Under the pieces are notes generated by a model, which ran no database searches, was not told the DNA's origin, and saw only the letters and a list, made by a program, of their open reading frames with translations. From contig NC_068987.1 of assembly GCF_001194135.2 (NCBI RefSeq), forward strand, positions 27,655,580 to 27,719,579: a stretch of DNA of 64,000 nt, given 5' to 3'. The position numbers and the translations under genes are program-made. This stretch comes from Octopus bimaculoides. Its lineage: Eukaryota. Positions 61,560 through 64,000 of the stretch are shown here, piece after piece; position 1 is the stretch's first letter; the number at the start of each line of letters is the position of its first letter.

Positions 61560-63862
61560 TATAGTATTTCCAACTTTTACCATTAGAAAGAATTTTTGCC
61601 CCACACTAACTGCAGTGAATTTGTATTTAGAATTCACTAATATATTTTGACTAACATAATTCGTATATACATAAGTATAGATACATACATGCGTGTGTAT
61701 GTATATACATAAATTGCTCTTTTTGATTATGTATATATATATATTCTCCCATATATATAATGTACGTATGTGTGATATAGATAGATAAATAGACTACTAC
61801 ATAACGCATGGTACAAATATTTCCTGATATGGAACTTAATATGTAGAGTGAATACAAATACTTATTATCAGAGCATCTTTGGTCATTAAGTTAGAATTAA
61901 CTATGTCAGACAGACATTAAACCAACGTGGCATCGTTTCCAGTTTATTTTACTTTAAGCTGCTGATTGTGTTTTATTGAGGAAAAATTGTACATCGGGAA
62001 CTGTTTTATATTTTCACGAGAAAGAATGGACTAAAATAACAACAGCTTTCTTTGATACATGGAACTTACGTGATAATAAAGCCAACAGACATTCCAGTAT
62101 ACATGCTTAACCATTAATCCACCATCGTCTGTACGAGTTTACTATTGCCTCGTTAGTGAAACATTTTCTTGTACGTAGATATTTCTTTTACTTCGGAATT
62201 ATGTTGTACTGATGCATATGTAAATCAATATTTACGATATAATAAAGAAATAAATTGAGAGAAAATAAAATAAAACTAGAAGATGGTCTAGTTTCTTCAC
62301 TAGAGGAAAGAAACCAATGTTATTAACAGAAGACTAGCCATCGATTGACATAAACATTAACAGCTGGTGGCATCATATTTAAAAAAATCTGAAATTAGCT
62401 AGAAAACTACATTAACTCATCTACTTAATGATGATGTAAGTGCTAAAACAATCACTAGTTCTATGTTCGTATGAGGCTCAATGCATAGTCAGGAAACTGA
62501 GTAAATACGTCACAAATGAAAAGCAAACCATAAATACGCAACAGAGCAGTATTATATTGATCCAGATCTTTTCTAATACAGATGTTACATCGTAAATGCA
62601 CTATTCATACTCAATCTGATCAAACGCTGATGCTGCGGCACATATCATTTCCTAGCAAATTATGATAAATACTGATCAAATTTGCTATTTTTATACTGTT
62701 ACTGTCATATTTACATGAGTATGCAGCTGAGGTATTTTGCCTCAAATTCATATGACCTCGGGCGTATCCTCTGTCCCTCCTATAATAGTAGGTCAGAATC
62801 AACCAAAGCATTGTGTAAAAAACTGAAAATTCCCAAGCACACGGTAAATTTATCAATCCTGTTTAACTGCAGTACCCCTTGCATTTGCAACAGGTGTATC
62901 GTGGTTTCTCCTCAAAGTTATTGAAAATTTTCCGTGCTACACTTTCTACTCTGTTTCATTCATAGAAAGGGGACTAGCTGTATTTTCTTTTCCGAAAAAG
63001 TCCTGACGGAATCCAACAAAACGAATTTGTCGTTACGAAAGAATATCTTTTAAAATATAGTTACAAAAAATATCCATATTCATAAGCACTTTCAACTCTC
63101 TCCTCTCTCCTCTTGTTTCTGCTGTTGCATCCACTTTCACAACTTTTAGTCTCAACGCTACTTTCAGTTCTTTCTCAACACAGGTTGCTTTTATATCCGT
63201 TAAAATTGTATTGTTCAAACGGAATGTTAAACGTGTCTTTTTCCCCACTAACAGAAGGCCTACAATGCCTGTAACTCCATATATATGTATGTATATATAT
63301 AAATATATATATANNNNNNNNNNNNNNNNNNNNNNNNNNNNNNNNNNNNNNNNNNNNNNNNNNNNNNNNNNNNNNNNNNNNNNNNNNNNNNNNNNNNNNN
63401 NNNNNNNNNNNNNNNNNNNNNNNNNNNNNNNNNNNNNNNNNNNNNNNNNNNNNNNNNNNNNNNNNNNNNNNNNNNNNNNNNNNNNNNNNNNNNNNNNNNN
63501 NNNNNNNNNNNNNNNNNNNNNNNNNNNNNNNNNNNNNNNNNNNNNNNNNNNNNNNNNNNNNNNNNNNNNNNNNNNNNNNNNNNNNNNNNNNNNNNNNNNN
63601 NNNNNNNNNNNNNNNNNNNNNNNNNNNNNNNNNNNNNNNNNNNNNNNNNNNNNNNNNNNNNNNNNNNNNNNNNNNNNNNNNNNNNNNNNNNNNNNNNNNN
63701 NNNNNNNNNNNNNNNNNNNNNNNNNNNNNNNNNNNNNNNNNNNNNNNNNNNNNNNNNNNNNNNNNNNNNNNNNNNNNNNNNNNNNNNNNNNNNNNNNNNN
63801 NNNNNNNNNNNNNNNNNNNNNNNNNNNNNNNNNNNNNNNNNNNNNNNNNNNNNNNNNNNNNN

Positions 63863-63896
<34 letters not shown>

Positions 63897-63900
<4 letters not shown>

Positions 63901-64000
63901 CGACGGGCTTCTTTCAGTTTCCGTCTACCAAATCCACTCACAAGACTTCGATCGGCCTGAGGCTGTAGTAGACGGCACTTGCCCAAGTTGCCATGTGTCT
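63897..64000 (-). mobile_element. SINE family B fragment running off the window end
   Basis: cgacgggcttctttcagtttccgtctaccaaatccactcacaag matches 34936 onward. Confidence 0.88.

Noticed and set aside
2141-63986. Long ORFs made of poly-HT, CV, YI, I/R/L/F/N or X
   Set aside because: They are translations of microsatellites or run through N gaps (5102-5392, 10078-10650, 28786-28998, 37113-37320, 43571-43746, 44519-44547, 45878-46288, 47033-47256, 57360-57620, 58892-58957, 63314-63861).
1-64000. CRISPR arrays, rRNA, functional tRNA genes or prokaryotic operons
   Set aside because: None seen. The sequence is eukaryotic, and the tRNA-like segments lack complete cloverleafs and belong to SINEs.

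Overview
This is AT-rich eukaryotic, repeat-dominated DNA from a gapped short-read scaffold, with 11 N-runs mostly flanked by (TA)n, (TG)n or (GTA)n. I infer an octopus/coleoid cephalopod from the SINE families, microsatellite load and TTAGGG repeats; this rests on recall, not a database search. No intact protein-coding gene or structural RNA gene can be proven, and most long ORFs in the supplied track are microsatellite or N-gap artefacts. Supported content: (1) about 15 tRNA-derived SINE copies from at least 3 families, several with visible target-site duplications; (2) a full-length but dead mariner (38332-39632), and a second mariner fragment nested inside a pogo/Tigger transposase remnant; (3) three R4/Dong-like restriction-endonuclease (RLE) LINE pieces; (4) several Penelope-like (PLE) remnants, one with a minimal hammerhead-like motif; (5) a CR1-like remnant and several MITEs; (6) a probable decayed rhodopsin-type GPCR. 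The most unusual object is a MITE-like family with two copies here, whose centre is a perfect 74-bp palindrome of (CCCTAA)4/(TTAGGG)4 telomeric repeats. Candidate short host exons on both strands are listed only as hypotheses.
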